Assembly: GCA_002691685.1 (NCBI GenBank)
Contig: NZIQ01000003.1
Location: 1,226-65,225 of the forward strand
Direction: 5' to 3'
Source of the DNA: Flavobacteriaceae bacterium
GTDB lineage: Bacteria; Bacteroidota; Bacteroidia; Flavobacteriales; Flavobacteriaceae
Length of the DNA stretch: 64,000 nucleotides
The notes under the pieces are model-generated. The model made no database searches, was not told where the DNA came from, and saw nothing but the letters and a program-made list of their open reading frames with translations. Shown piece by piece: positions 9,459 to 18,802 of this stretch (positions within the stretch are counted from its first letter, which is position 1; every line of letters starts with the position of its first letter). The translations under genes and the position numbers were made by a program.

Positions 9459-11629
9459 TATTTATTTCGTTTTACAAAGATGAGTTGGTCAATTTGTACT
9501 TTAGTTACAAATAACCCGTAATTCACAGAGGCAATACCTTTTTCAATATTTTCAATTTGACCACTTGCCTTGCCATCCTCGAGTTTTACAGTGTCTCCAG
9601 TTTTGAGTTCTACTTGAACAGACTTTTTAGACTTTGACGAAGCTGATTTTTTTGTTTTTTGCTTTTCTATTTTAATGTTTTCAGATTTCATAGCTAGTTC
9701 TTTAGATATCTCTTTCTTTTTATTCAGTTCTGTTTTAGCCTCTTTTGCTGATTTTTGTTTTTTCTTGCTGTTCTCTATTTCGACAATACGCAGCAGTCCA
9801 CTGATTAGTGGTCTTTTCTTTTGATCAATAAAGAAACGCTCTGCAAGTTCGTCAACCTTGCTTCCCAACTGAATCATTCTTTTGTGCTGATCGTACATCA
9901 TTTGATAATTCTCTAATTTTTCTTTGATTCGAGAATTTAATTTTTCGAGCTTCTTGCTTTCATCTGTAGCTTTTTGCTCTTGCTCTAAGAGTCTATTTCC
10001 AGTTTTTTCAAACTTTGATCTTTCGCGTTGTAACTTGGCAATAGTTGCATCAAATCTCACTTTACCCCGTTCAATTTTTTTCTTTGCCTTATTTATGATG
10101 CTGTAAGGAATCCCATTTTTTTGAGCAACTTCAAAAGTAAATGAACTTCCTGCTTGACCAACGACTAATTGAAAGGTTGGTTCTAGTGTTTTGTTGTCAA
10201 ACAACATATTGGCATTACTGGCGTGTTCTAATTCATTTGCTAAGAGCTTTAAATTAGAATAATGTGTGGTGATTAATCCAAATGCTTGTTTTTCATAAAA
10301 AACGTCGAGAAAGGATTCTGCTAAAGCTCCTCCTAACTCTGGATCACTACCGGTTCCAAATTCATCAATTAAAAAAAGGGTTTGTGCATCACATTTTTTC
10401 AAGAAATAATTCATGTTTTTCAATCGATAGGAGTAGGTGCTTAGATGATTTTCTATAGATTGATGGTCTCCAATATCGGTTAAGATTTTTTCAAAAAAAC
10501 ATATGGTACTTCGCTCATGCACAGGAATAAGTAAGCCTGATTGAATCATCAATTGCAGTAAGCCAATTGTCTTTAGGGTAATACTTTTACCACCAGCATT
10601 TGGTCCAGAAATTACAATAATTCTATTATTTTCATTAAGTTTTATGGTTTGTGGCCATGTTTTTAATCCTTTTTCTTGGTTTTGTTGAAGGAGTAATGGA
10701 TGAAAGGCATCTCTCAGATAGAAATCTTTATTTTCATTGATTGAAGGGAGGATGGCATTGATTTCATTGGCGTACAGCGCTTTTGCTGATGTTAAATCAA
10801 TGTGGGTCAGGTAATTTTGATAACTTAAAAGGATGTCAGCATAGGGTCTTAGACTTTCCGTAAGGTTTTTTAAAATCCTCTTAATTTCTTCTTTCTCGTC
10901 ATAAAGCAAATTTTCCAATTCTCGAATGCTTTTTGCAGTCGTTTCCGGCAGCATATAAACGATACTCCCCGTTTTTGAAGATCCTATTACAGTACCTTGT
11001 ATTTTTCTTCTATACATTGCTTTTACAGCTAATACTCTCTTATTTTCGACCACAGATTCTTTAATGTCGTCGAGATAGTCTAAGGCTAAATAATGGTTTA
11101 GGGAAGAGCTAAAACTCTGATTAATTTTTTGTCGCACTTGAGATAACGACTTTCGAATATTATACAGTTCATCCGAAGCTTTATCCCGTATTTCTCCAAA
11201 TCGATCAACTATGGCATTAATGTCTCTAGGAATACTGGATACAATAGAAAGGTTTTGAGCCAAATTGAATAGCGTAGGGTAGTAGACTTTGAACTTATTA
11301 AGTGCTTTTTGATGTGTAATTACGGTGTTACAAAGACTCATGATTGTTCTGAAACCCTTAACTTCAATAATTGAATTTTCAATATGTAATAATTGTAGCT
11401 CTTTATTTATAGGGTCAAAACCATGATTGGGTATAATATTCTCATTGCTAAAGGAAGATAAATATTCAGATGTTTCAGCTAAAGCCTTTTGACATTCTTC
11501 TAAATTTATAAATACCCCTAACTGCTCAGCGGCTTGTTTTCCGAGTTCAGTAGTGCAGTATAGTTTGACAATTAATGCAACCTTCCTGAATTCTAAATCA
11601 TTGATGGTTTTCTCTCTTATAGTAATCAT
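9458..11629 (-). CDS. mutS2: MutS2-family ATPase (MutS domain V, KOW-like C-terminus, no recognisable Smr domain)
   Basis: Walker A GPNAGGKSITLKT, a DEFGTGSDP Walker B region, a long Lys/Glu-rich coiled segment and a KOW-like tail (KTGDTVKLEDGKASGQIENIEKG). I see no Smr-type LDLHG/HGxG motifs. Confidence 0.75.
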   Translation of the reverse strand: MITIREKTINDLEFRKVALIVKLYCTTELGKQAAEQLGVFINLEECQKALAETSEYLSSFSNENIIPNHGFDPINKELQLLHIENSIIEVKGFRTIMSLCNTVITHQKALNKFKVYYPTLFNLAQNLSIVSSIPRDINAIVDRFGEIRDKASDELYNIRKSLSQVRQKINQSFSSSLNHYLALDYLDDIKESVVENKRVLAVKAMYRRKIQGTVIGSSKTGSIVYMLPETTAKSIRELENLLYDEKEEIKRILKNLTESLRPYADILLSYQNYLTHIDLTSAKALYANEINAILPSINENKDFYLRDAFHPLLLQQNQEKGLKTWPQTIKLNENNRIIVISGPNAGGKSITLKTIGLLQLMIQSGLLIPVHERSTICFFEKILTDIGDHQSIENHLSTYSYRLKNMNYFLKKCDAQTLFLIDEFGTGSDPELGGALAESFLDVFYEKQAFGLITTHYSNLKLLANELEHASNANMLFDNKTLEPTFQLVVGQAGSSFTFEVAQKNGIPYSIINKAKKKIERGKVRFDATIAKLQRERSKFEKTGNRLLEQEQKATDESKKLEKLNSRIKEKLENYQMMYDQHKRMIQLGSKVDELAERFFIDQKKRPLISGLLRIVEIENSKKKQKSAKEAKTELNKKKEISKELAMKSENIKIEKQKTKKSASSKSKKSVQVELKTGDTVKLEDGKASGQIENIEKGIASVNYGLFVTKVQIDQLIFVKRNK

Positions 11630-11668
11630 GGCATTACTTACGTGTGCAAAGATAGCTATATCCCTTAT

Positions 11669-12724
11669 TTAGCTCTTTTCTAATGTGGTTAAATACCCTT
11701 GAGCTCCATATCTGACAATATCAGAAGTGAAAATACCGGTCTTGTGTTGTATTTCTTCAATGAGTTGATCAGCCTTTACCTTAGTAAGCCCATGGGTGTT
11801 CAAAGAAATAGCAAATGTATTTGGTCTTTTAAACACTCCGCAAAGTGAAGCTACCTCTTCATTCATTTTAATAAATCGATTTAAATCAGGAAAAGGAATG
11901 TGAGAAACAGGGTTTTTTAGATGTGTTTCTTTGATTTTATGACATAACAAAAGATGAGTGGGGCATGAACCTCTTATCAAAGGAAGTGTTGCTGTACTGC
12001 CAGGGTGTCCAAGTGAACCTTGACCTTCAATAATAATATGGTCAAATTTTTGACGACTCATTACCTCATCCTCAACTGCTGCGGCCGCATTATCTACTTT
12101 AACCGCATCAAGCGGTATTCCTTGACCAGAGATGGTAATACCAATTTGACCTGTTGCAACAAATGATGATGAAAAATTGTTTTGAAGTAGTTTTTCATTT
12201 AGTAGTAGGCCTGCTGTCATTTTTCCAGAGGCCATATCTGTGCCTACGGTTAGAATTCTTTTATTTTTCAGCTTGTTGGCTTTTGCACTTCCAATTGTAT
12301 ATTCTTTTAAAACTTCTCTGACATCCCAAACCGATCCTTTGTTTTTGGGGTTGCTTAATAAATATGAAAATTTATCAGCTAACTTATCGTGTAACCCATT
12401 AACCACTAAAAAGCCAGCTGTTAAGGCGTCTTCAATAGGTTTTGTCCATGTATCCGGAAGCCTGCCTCCAGATGGTGCAATTCCTAAAATTAGCGCGTTT
12501 GCGTGCAATTGTACGGCTTCTTGAAGGTCTGATACAATGGGTATAGACTTGTCAATACCTGTCAATGCCTTCAAGTTTTTTCCTTTGTGATCGGGGTCTA
12601 TTACGCAACAGATTTCATTGGTACTAAACCTCAAAACACCAAGACCCATTTTACCGTTTTCATGAGTTAGGCTATGTGGCATGTATATTGCTAATCTATG
12701 ACTAGAATTTAATTTTTTTTTCAT
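11669..12724 (-). CDS. DUF1611 domain protein (possible DgcN-like N-acetyltransferase)
   Basis: 351 aa. GTDMASGKMT P-loop-like segment and general DUF1611 architecture. ATGA overlap with the upstream epimerase gene. Confidence 0.6.
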   Translation of the reverse strand: MKKKLNSSHRLAIYMPHSLTHENGKMGLGVLRFSTNEICCVIDPDHKGKNLKALTGIDKSIPIVSDLQEAVQLHANALILGIAPSGGRLPDTWTKPIEDALTAGFLVVNGLHDKLADKFSYLLSNPKNKGSVWDVREVLKEYTIGSAKANKLKNKRILTVGTDMASGKMTAGLLLNEKLLQNNFSSSFVATGQIGITISGQGIPLDAVKVDNAAAAVEDEVMSRQKFDHIIIEGQGSLGHPGSTATLPLIRGSCPTHLLLCHKIKETHLKNPVSHIPFPDLNRFIKMNEEVASLCGVFKRPNTFAISLNTHGLTKVKADQLIEEIQHKTGIFTSDIVRYGAQGYLTTLEKS

Positions 12725-13770
12725 TTTAAAATTGAGCCGTGACCGATGTGATTTTCTGTCAGGGGTAGTATCATTCCATTTTTTAATTGCAAACCGGTTG
12801 CAATATCTGGTTTCAAGTTTAAATGTGAGTCTAAATCAATGTGATCAATGATTCCTGTAAGTGCGGCTCCGGCTCCTATAGAAATTGAACTTTCGCTCAT
12901 ACAACCAATCATGGTCTTTAATTTATAAGCCCTGGCCGTGTTCAATATTTCCAAAGCACCCGTGATTCCTCCGCATTTCATGAGTTTTAAATTTACTCCA
13001 TCAACGCAATGAGCGTAAGTTTTAATTTGTGAAGCAAAACGACATGATTCATCCACGTAAATAGGTAGAGGTCTTTTTTGAAATAATTCTTCAAGTCTGT
13101 GCTCATCTCCTTCTACTAATGGCTGCTCCACATAATCACAATTTCTTTCAGCCAACCATAACATCATTTTTTTTGCATCCGAAACACTCCATCCTCCGTT
13201 TGCATCAACCCTCAAGCTAATGTTGTTGTTTTTGGCAAAAGGATAAATTGCATTATACATATCTTGATCAGCTTCGATGCCTTCAGGGCTTCCTAGTTTT
13301 ATTTTTAGAGCATGGAAAATTCTACCTTTTTCAAATAAAATTTGAACTCTTTCACTTGCCTCTTCAGCGGTCATTATTCCGATGGTCATAGATGTTATGC
13401 CATTTGGAGCTGGTAAACCTAGTAATCGATGGAGGGGGAGTTTGGCCTGTTTTGCTAATAAGTCCCAAAGTGCGATGTCAAACGCCGCCAACACACAAGG
13501 AGCTAAACCATTTTCAAGGCTAGTTCTGTAATGTGATACTGGGTGGGTAAATTTGGGGTTTTGTGCAATGTGATCTTGGGCGATTTGTATTGCTGTTTCA
13601 ATATCTGCTGCACCTTCACTTCCCCCAGGAGCGCCTTCTCCAAACCCCGTATTTTCATTTTCATCTGAAATTTCAACAAATAAATTCGAAGAGCCTGCTC
13701 GAATTCCTCTGCTTATTCGCAATGGAAATCTTTTTTCTAAGTAAATTGATTTAATATTAGTTTTAAACAC
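12721..13770 (-). CDS. Enolase-superfamily dipeptide epimerase / N-acyl amino acid racemase (L-Ala-D/L-Glu epimerase-like)
   Basis: GFGEGAPG N-terminal capping region, VDANGGW, YVEQP and DES metal-ligand motifs, and KLMKCGG. I prefer the GTG at 13770 (VFKTNIKSIY…) as the start. That spacing to GFGE matches known epimerases, and the tracked ATG at 13830 would overlap ung. Confidence 0.8.
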   Translation of the reverse strand: MFKTNIKSIYLEKRFPLRISRGIRAGSSNLFVEISDENENTGFGEGAPGGSEGAADIETAIQIAQDHIAQNPKFTHPVSHYRTSLENGLAPCVLAAFDIALWDLLAKQAKLPLHRLLGLPAPNGITSMTIGIMTAEEASERVQILFEKGRIFHALKIKLGSPEGIEADQDMYNAIYPFAKNNNISLRVDANGGWSVSDAKKMMLWLAERNCDYVEQPLVEGDEHRLEELFQKRPLPIYVDESCRFASQIKTYAHCVDGVNLKLMKCGGITGALEILNTARAYKLKTMIGCMSESSISIGAGAALTGIIDHIDLDSHLNLKPDIATGLQLKNGMILPLTENHIGHGSILK

Positions 13771-13793
13771 GATTATTAATTTTACTCCATACA

Positions 13794-14459
13794 ATGTTAA
13801 ACTATTTTCCCATAGTTTGGAAGAACGCACTTGAAAATTCTTTTCACTCTAACTTCCTTTCAGACTTGGATAGAAGGGTTACAGAAGTCTATTCTTCAAT
13901 GAATTGTTATCCAGAAAATTCAAAGATTTTTAGTGCTTTTCATCATTGTCATCCAAACGAGGTAAAAGTGGTTATTATTGGTCAAGATCCCTACCACCAA
14001 AAAGGACAAGCCAATGGATTGGCTTTTTCAGTTAGTAAAGAGATTTCAAATCCTCCTTCTCTTCAGAACATTATCAAAGAGGTGAGAAGTCAGTGTGGCC
14101 TTTGTAAAGTTGAATCTGGTGATCTTACACATTGGGCAAAACAGGGTGTATTACTCTTAAATGCTTCATTAAGCGTTGAAGATTCGAGCCCGAACAGTCA
14201 TCGAAATTTAGGATGGAGTGAATTTACTGAGCAGGTTATTGAATACTTATCTAATTCTAAGAAAGAAATAGTATTTCTTTTATGGGGTAGTTTTGCGCAC
14301 AAAAAAGGAAAAAACATAGACGCTAATACTCATCTCGTCTTAAAAACTGGTCACCCTTCCCCTCTCAGTGCGAATCGTGGATTTTGGTTCAATAATGATC
14401 ATTTCAAATTGACCAATGATTATTTAAAGGAAAAAGGCAAGACCATAATCGAGTGGTAA
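13794..14459 (+). CDS. ung: Uracil-DNA glycosylase
   Basis: VVIIGQDPYH water-activating loop, GVLLLN, and HPSPLSA motifs. Confidence 0.92.
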   Translation: MLNYFPIVWKNALENSFHSNFLSDLDRRVTEVYSSMNCYPENSKIFSAFHHCHPNEVKVVIIGQDPYHQKGQANGLAFSVSKEISNPPSLQNIIKEVRSQCGLCKVESGDLTHWAKQGVLLLNASLSVEDSSPNSHRNLGWSEFTEQVIEYLSNSKKEIVFLLWGSFAHKKGKNIDANTHLVLKTGHPSPLSANRGFWFNNDHFKLTNDYLKEKGKTIIEW

Positions 14460-14798
14460 TTATCCTCCAATACGCTTAACGGTAAAGCCTAAAGAGCTCA
14501 GATAATCCATGATTTCATCACGCTTGTCTCCTTGTATGACAATGCGTTCATTTTTAAAGGATCCACCAACCTTGAGTTTTGATTTTAGTGCACTTGACAA
14601 GGCTTTGAAATCTTTTTGAGCACCCTGATAATTTTCAATTACAGTGTGGGGTTTACCTTTTCTTTTTTCATAGATACAGCCTAGAGGAGGCGTGTTGTGT
14701 ATGTAAAATGAAACATCTTCGGTCTCTTTGTTTTCTTTCTGATCTTCTGAGGGTTGGTGATCAGGAAATAAGGCTTGTAGTTGATCTTGTAGGTCCAT
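14460..14798 (-). CDS. yciH: SUI1/YciH-family translation initiation factor
   Basis: 112 aa. SUI1 domain ending …GFTVKRIGG. Its ATG overlaps the upstream oxygenase stop (TAATG). Confidence 0.8.
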   Translation of the reverse strand: MDLQDQLQALFPDHQPSEDQKENKETEDVSFYIHNTPPLGCIYEKRKGKPHTVIENYQGAQKDFKALSSALKSKLKVGGSFKNERIVIQGDKRDEIMDYLSSLGFTVKRIGG

Positions 14799-15736
14799 TA
14801 TTTTTTAATTAAACCCAGTTCAATAAGGCGTTCGGTCAAAAATTCTCCAGAAGTACAGTCTTCGTATTGTTTCGGATTATTCTCATCAATACAATTCTCA
14901 AGACAGTTTAAAGGCATATGCAATTTCGGATGCATAAAAAAAGGAATAGAATACCTAGATTTATTGACAATTTGCGCATTGGGATTAATAACACGGTGTA
15001 TGGTAGATTTTAATTTGTTGTTTGTTAGACGTGACAACATGTCTCCAACATTGATCATTAACTCGTCCTTTTCTGCAATGGCATCTATCCATTGCTCATC
15101 TTTGTTCTTTACTTGTAATCCTTTACCATGTGCACCCATTAGAAGTGTAATCAGATTGATATCACCATGTGCCGCAGCTCTAAACGATTTTTGTTGTTCC
15201 TTGCTCACTGGAGGATAGTGCAGCGCTCTGAGAATGGAATTTCCTCCAACCACCCAATCATCGAAATAGAATTCGTCGAGCTTTAAATGAAGAGCTAGGG
15301 CTCTGAGGACCTCTTTAGCTGTCTGCTCTAAACAATCAAATACTTTTTCACCACATGAATTGAAATTTGTAATTTCAGTTACCCTTATATTACGAGGGTA
15401 TTGATTTTTAGGATCGTTAATTTGACCGAAATGCCAGAATTCTTTGAGATCTGCACGAGTTTCACCTTTTGCCGTTTCTTTTCCAAAAGAGGTGTATCCT
15501 CTCTGTCCACCACCTCCTTTGATTTCGTATTGTTTCTTAATTTTTTCTTTAAGGCTAAAAAATGATTTGACCACAGAGTAAAGCTCATCTTTGAGCTCAT
15601 CATTTAAAAAATGGCCCTTTAGTGCAACAAATCCTATTTGTTCAAAGGCATCGCCAATTTCTGACACAAACTTTTGTTTTTTAACAAGGTCATTGGAAAG
15701 AAAGTCATTTAAATCAACTGATGGAACCCTGTTCAT
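14798..15736 (-). CDS. 2-oxoglutarate/Fe(II)-dependent oxygenase (isopenicillin N synthase family)
   Basis: HxD…H facial triad (AAHGDINL … STIHRV) and RYSIPFF (RxS) motif. Confidence 0.8.
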   Translation of the reverse strand: MNRVPSVDLNDFLSNDLVKKQKFVSEIGDAFEQIGFVALKGHFLNDELKDELYSVVKSFFSLKEKIKKQYEIKGGGGQRGYTSFGKETAKGETRADLKEFWHFGQINDPKNQYPRNIRVTEITNFNSCGEKVFDCLEQTAKEVLRALALHLKLDEFYFDDWVVGGNSILRALHYPPVSKEQQKSFRAAAHGDINLITLLMGAHGKGLQVKNKDEQWIDAIAEKDELMINVGDMLSRLTNNKLKSTIHRVINPNAQIVNKSRYSIPFFMHPKLHMPLNCLENCIDENNPKQYEDCTSGEFLTERLIELGLIKK

Positions 15737-15820
15737 TTGTTGTGTAATTTTTTCATTGCGAAATTAAGGATAAAACCATGTACTTTAATTACCTTCAACC
15801 AATGTAATACCTTTCGTTCG

Positions 15821-17791
15821 ATGAAAAATACTGGTCAAGAACAGATTTTTACCCAACTCTACAAAAGAATGCTTAAGTCTAGAATGATAGAGGAGAAGAT
15901 GCTTACTTTACTGCGTCAAGGTAAGGTGAGCAAGTGGTTTTCAGGTATTGGGCAAGAAGCCATTTCAGTCGGAGTGACTTCAGTACTGACCAAAGATGAG
16001 TTTATTCTTCCTATGCACAGGAATCTCGGTGTTTTCTTGTCAAAAAATGTTCCCCTATCAAAGTTATTTGCCCAATGGCAGGGTAAGGTAAATGGATTTA
16101 CCAAAGGAAGAGATAGAAGCTTTCATTTCGGCTCAATAGAGCATAAGGTTATTGGAATGATATCTCACCTAGGTCCACAGTTGGCTGTGGCCACTGGAAT
16201 CGCTCTAGGTCATAAACTAAGAGGAGAGCAAAATATCACTGCTGTTTTTTCTGGTGAAGGAGGAACTTCTGAGGGTGATTTTCACGAGGCTCTGAATATT
16301 GCTTCTGTATGGAAACTTCCCGTTTTATTTTGTATCGAAAATAATGGATATGCTCTTTCGACCCCTACAGAAACGCAATACGCTTGTGACGATCTGGCCG
16401 ATCGAGGATATGCATATGGCATGGAAGCCTTTATCATTGACGGCAACGATGTAGTTGAAATCTATTTAAAATTAAGACATATCGCATCTGAAATGCGAAA
16501 AAATCCAAGACCGGTGTTGGTTGAATTTAAAACTTTCCGAGTACGTGGACATGAAGAGGCGAGTGGTACTGCATATGTTCCTGAGAACCTCATTTCTACT
16601 TGGATGAAGAAAGATCCGGTGTTAAAACTTCAAAAGGCACTTTTAAAATCGTCAATAATAGACGAAGCTCGAGTCAAAAAATACAGGTCTGCAATCAAGA
16701 CTGAAATTGATACCGAGTGGAAAAATGTTGAATCCTGGGATTTTCCTGTTTTTGATGCTAAAAACGAACTTCAGGATGTGTATAAAGAATTTGAATTATC
16801 TACTCAAAAAAATATTGAGGTCTTCGAAGATATACGTTTTATAGACGCTATAAAGGATGCCATATTCTTGTCAATGGCACGTGATAAGAGCGTAATTATT
16901 ATGGGACAAGATATAGCAGAATATGGTGGTGTGTTCAAAGCAACAGAAGGTCTTTTGCAGCAATTTGGAAAAGAAAGAGTTCGAAACACACCTCTTTGCG
17001 AGTCAGGTATAATATCCTGTTCAGCAGGACTTAGCATAAATAAATTTAAAGTAATTGTTGAAATGCAATTCGCCGATTTTGTAAGTAGTGGTTTCAATCC
17101 AATTGTCAATTATTTAGCAAAGCAACATTATAGGTGGGGTGCAAATGCTGACGTAGTGATCAGAATGCCATGTGGAGGTGGAGTTGGAGCTGGACCGTTT
17201 CACTCACAGTCTAATGAAGCATGGTTCGCAAAGGTGCCTGGGTTGAAAATAGCCTATCCATCAAATCCTCAAGATGCCAAGGGGTTATTGACTGCGGCAA
17301 TCGAAGATCCAAATCCAGTACTGTTTTTCGAACACAAGAAATTGTATAGAAGCCAAACCTCTAAAGTGCCGGTAGGTTATTATAGTACTCCTTTTGGACA
17401 AGCCAATATTGTTCATTCGGGAGAGGATATGTTGGTTATTTCCTATGGAATGGCGGTGCAATGGGTAATGGATATTGTTTCTAACGACACTATGTTCAAC
17501 AATATAGCCGTATTAGACCTTAGAACGATTGTTCCTTTGGATGAAGAGACTGTTTTAAATTGGTCGAAGAAATGCAGTAAGATATTAATTGTTACCGAGG
17601 ATAGTGAAGCTTTTTCAGTTGTGAGTCATATTTCACATTTGATTACTAGTCGATGTTTTGAATTTTTAGAAGCACCAGTAGAAATTATCGGAAGTTTAGA
17701 TACGCCTATACCTTTTCATAAGAATTTAGAAGAGGGATATATGTGTCGTTCTAGGCTAGAGAGCAAAATGAAACAACTGTTAATGTACTAA
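15821..17791 (+). CDS. 2-oxoacid dehydrogenase E1 component, fused alpha and beta subunits (TPP-dependent)
   Basis: The N-terminal half has E1-alpha motifs (GEGGTSEGDFHEALN, NNGYALST). The C-terminal half is transketolase-like E1-beta (RVRNTPLCESGI, FEHKKLY). Start moved to ATG 15821, because the tracked 15737 start is a TTG abutting the divergent gene. Confidence 0.85.
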   Translation: MKNTGQEQIFTQLYKRMLKSRMIEEKMLTLLRQGKVSKWFSGIGQEAISVGVTSVLTKDEFILPMHRNLGVFLSKNVPLSKLFAQWQGKVNGFTKGRDRSFHFGSIEHKVIGMISHLGPQLAVATGIALGHKLRGEQNITAVFSGEGGTSEGDFHEALNIASVWKLPVLFCIENNGYALSTPTETQYACDDLADRGYAYGMEAFIIDGNDVVEIYLKLRHIASEMRKNPRPVLVEFKTFRVRGHEEASGTAYVPENLISTWMKKDPVLKLQKALLKSSIIDEARVKKYRSAIKTEIDTEWKNVESWDFPVFDAKNELQDVYKEFELSTQKNIEVFEDIRFIDAIKDAIFLSMARDKSVIIMGQDIAEYGGVFKATEGLLQQFGKERVRNTPLCESGIISCSAGLSINKFKVIVEMQFADFVSSGFNPIVNYLAKQHYRWGANADVVIRMPCGGGVGAGPFHSQSNEAWFAKVPGLKIAYPSNPQDAKGLLTAAIEDPNPVLFFEHKKLYRSQTSKVPVGYYSTPFGQANIVHSGEDMLVISYGMAVQWVMDIVSNDTMFNNIAVLDLRTIVPLDEETVLNWSKKCSKILIVTEDSEAFSVVSHISHLITSRCFEFLEAPVEIIGSLDTPIPFHKNLEEGYMCRSRLESKMKQLLMY

Positions 17792-17798
17792 TTCTATT

Positions 17799-17820
17799 TT
17801 ACATAATATAAATTATGTAA
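17799..17820. terminator. AT-rich hairpin between convergent genes (weak bidirectional terminator candidate)
   Basis: ttacataat-ataa-attatgtaa: a 9-bp stem, almost all A/T, between the E1 stop (17791) and the EamA stop (17830). Confidence 0.25.
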
Positions 17821-17829
17821 CAATTTGTA

Positions 17830-18774
17830 TTATTCACGTTTTCGTCGATTTACTCTTCTAATACTGTTAAACCTAAAATATACCTGTATGTTTCGTTTCA
17901 TATTTATGAAATATACACCGGTAAGTAAAATAACACCTGCGATAATACTCTGAGTAGTTACCGATTCTTTTAAAACCAACCATCCTAAAAACATGGCTAC
18001 AACAGGATTGACATATGTACTAGTTGCAACCATCTCTGGACTAACCGTTTTTAATAAATAATTAAAGCTCGTAAAAGCGACAATACTTCCAAGTAAAATT
18101 AACCCTGTCATAGAAAGCCACGTTTGCTGGTTCCAAGAATTTGGCAGGACCCATTCTTCCTTAGTTGCCAAACTCATCAATAATAAAACAAAACCACCAA
18201 TGACCATTTGATAAGCCGTATTCACAAAATAATTTTGTGGCAAATCGGCTTTACCAACAAAAATACTCGCATATCCCCATGTAAAAACACAAAAAATGAT
18301 TAGAGTTGCTCCTGTTATAGTGTCAGAAGATTGAATCATTTGCTGCTGATTTACAAGAAGATAAATACCTAAAACACCCATAATAACTCCAATAATTGAC
18401 GATTTCTGAATGGGTTTTCGATAAAGAATAAACATCAGTAGCAGAATCACCAGTGGCTGGGAACTTATTAGTAAGGAGGCAAAACCCGAATCCACAATTT
18501 GCAAGGCCCATACCACGATACCATTACCGACTGACAAAAATAAAAAGCCTGCTATAGCAGTATTTATCAGTTGTTTTTTCGAAATTTTCACGTTCATATC
18601 TCTGAAAAGGCAAAATAAAAAGATTAAACCTCCCGCTATAACAAATCTAAAACTTGCCAACATAAAGGGTGGTAGTTGAGCTACAGCTACTTTGTTGAGA
18701 AGATATGTGGACCCCCAAATCACATAAATAGCAAAGAAACAGGCAATTATTAGGTATTGTTTGCGTTTATTCAT
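17830..18774 (-). CDS. EamA/DMT-family transporter
   Basis: About 10 TM helices with the duplicated EamA pattern. Confidence 0.8.
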   Translation of the reverse strand: MNKRKQYLIIACFFAIYVIWGSTYLLNKVAVAQLPPFMLASFRFVIAGGLIFLFCLFRDMNVKISKKQLINTAIAGFLFLSVGNGIVVWALQIVDSGFASLLISSQPLVILLLMFILYRKPIQKSSIIGVIMGVLGIYLLVNQQQMIQSSDTITGATLIIFCVFTWGYASIFVGKADLPQNYFVNTAYQMVIGGFVLLLMSLATKEEWVLPNSWNQQTWLSMTGLILLGSIVAFTSFNYLLKTVSPEMVATSTYVNPVVAMFLGWLVLKESVTTQSIIAGVILLTGVYFINMKRNIQVYFRFNSIRRVNRRKRE

Positions 18775-18802
18775 TGAGAAAAGTCCTTAAAATCATAATT
18801 CT

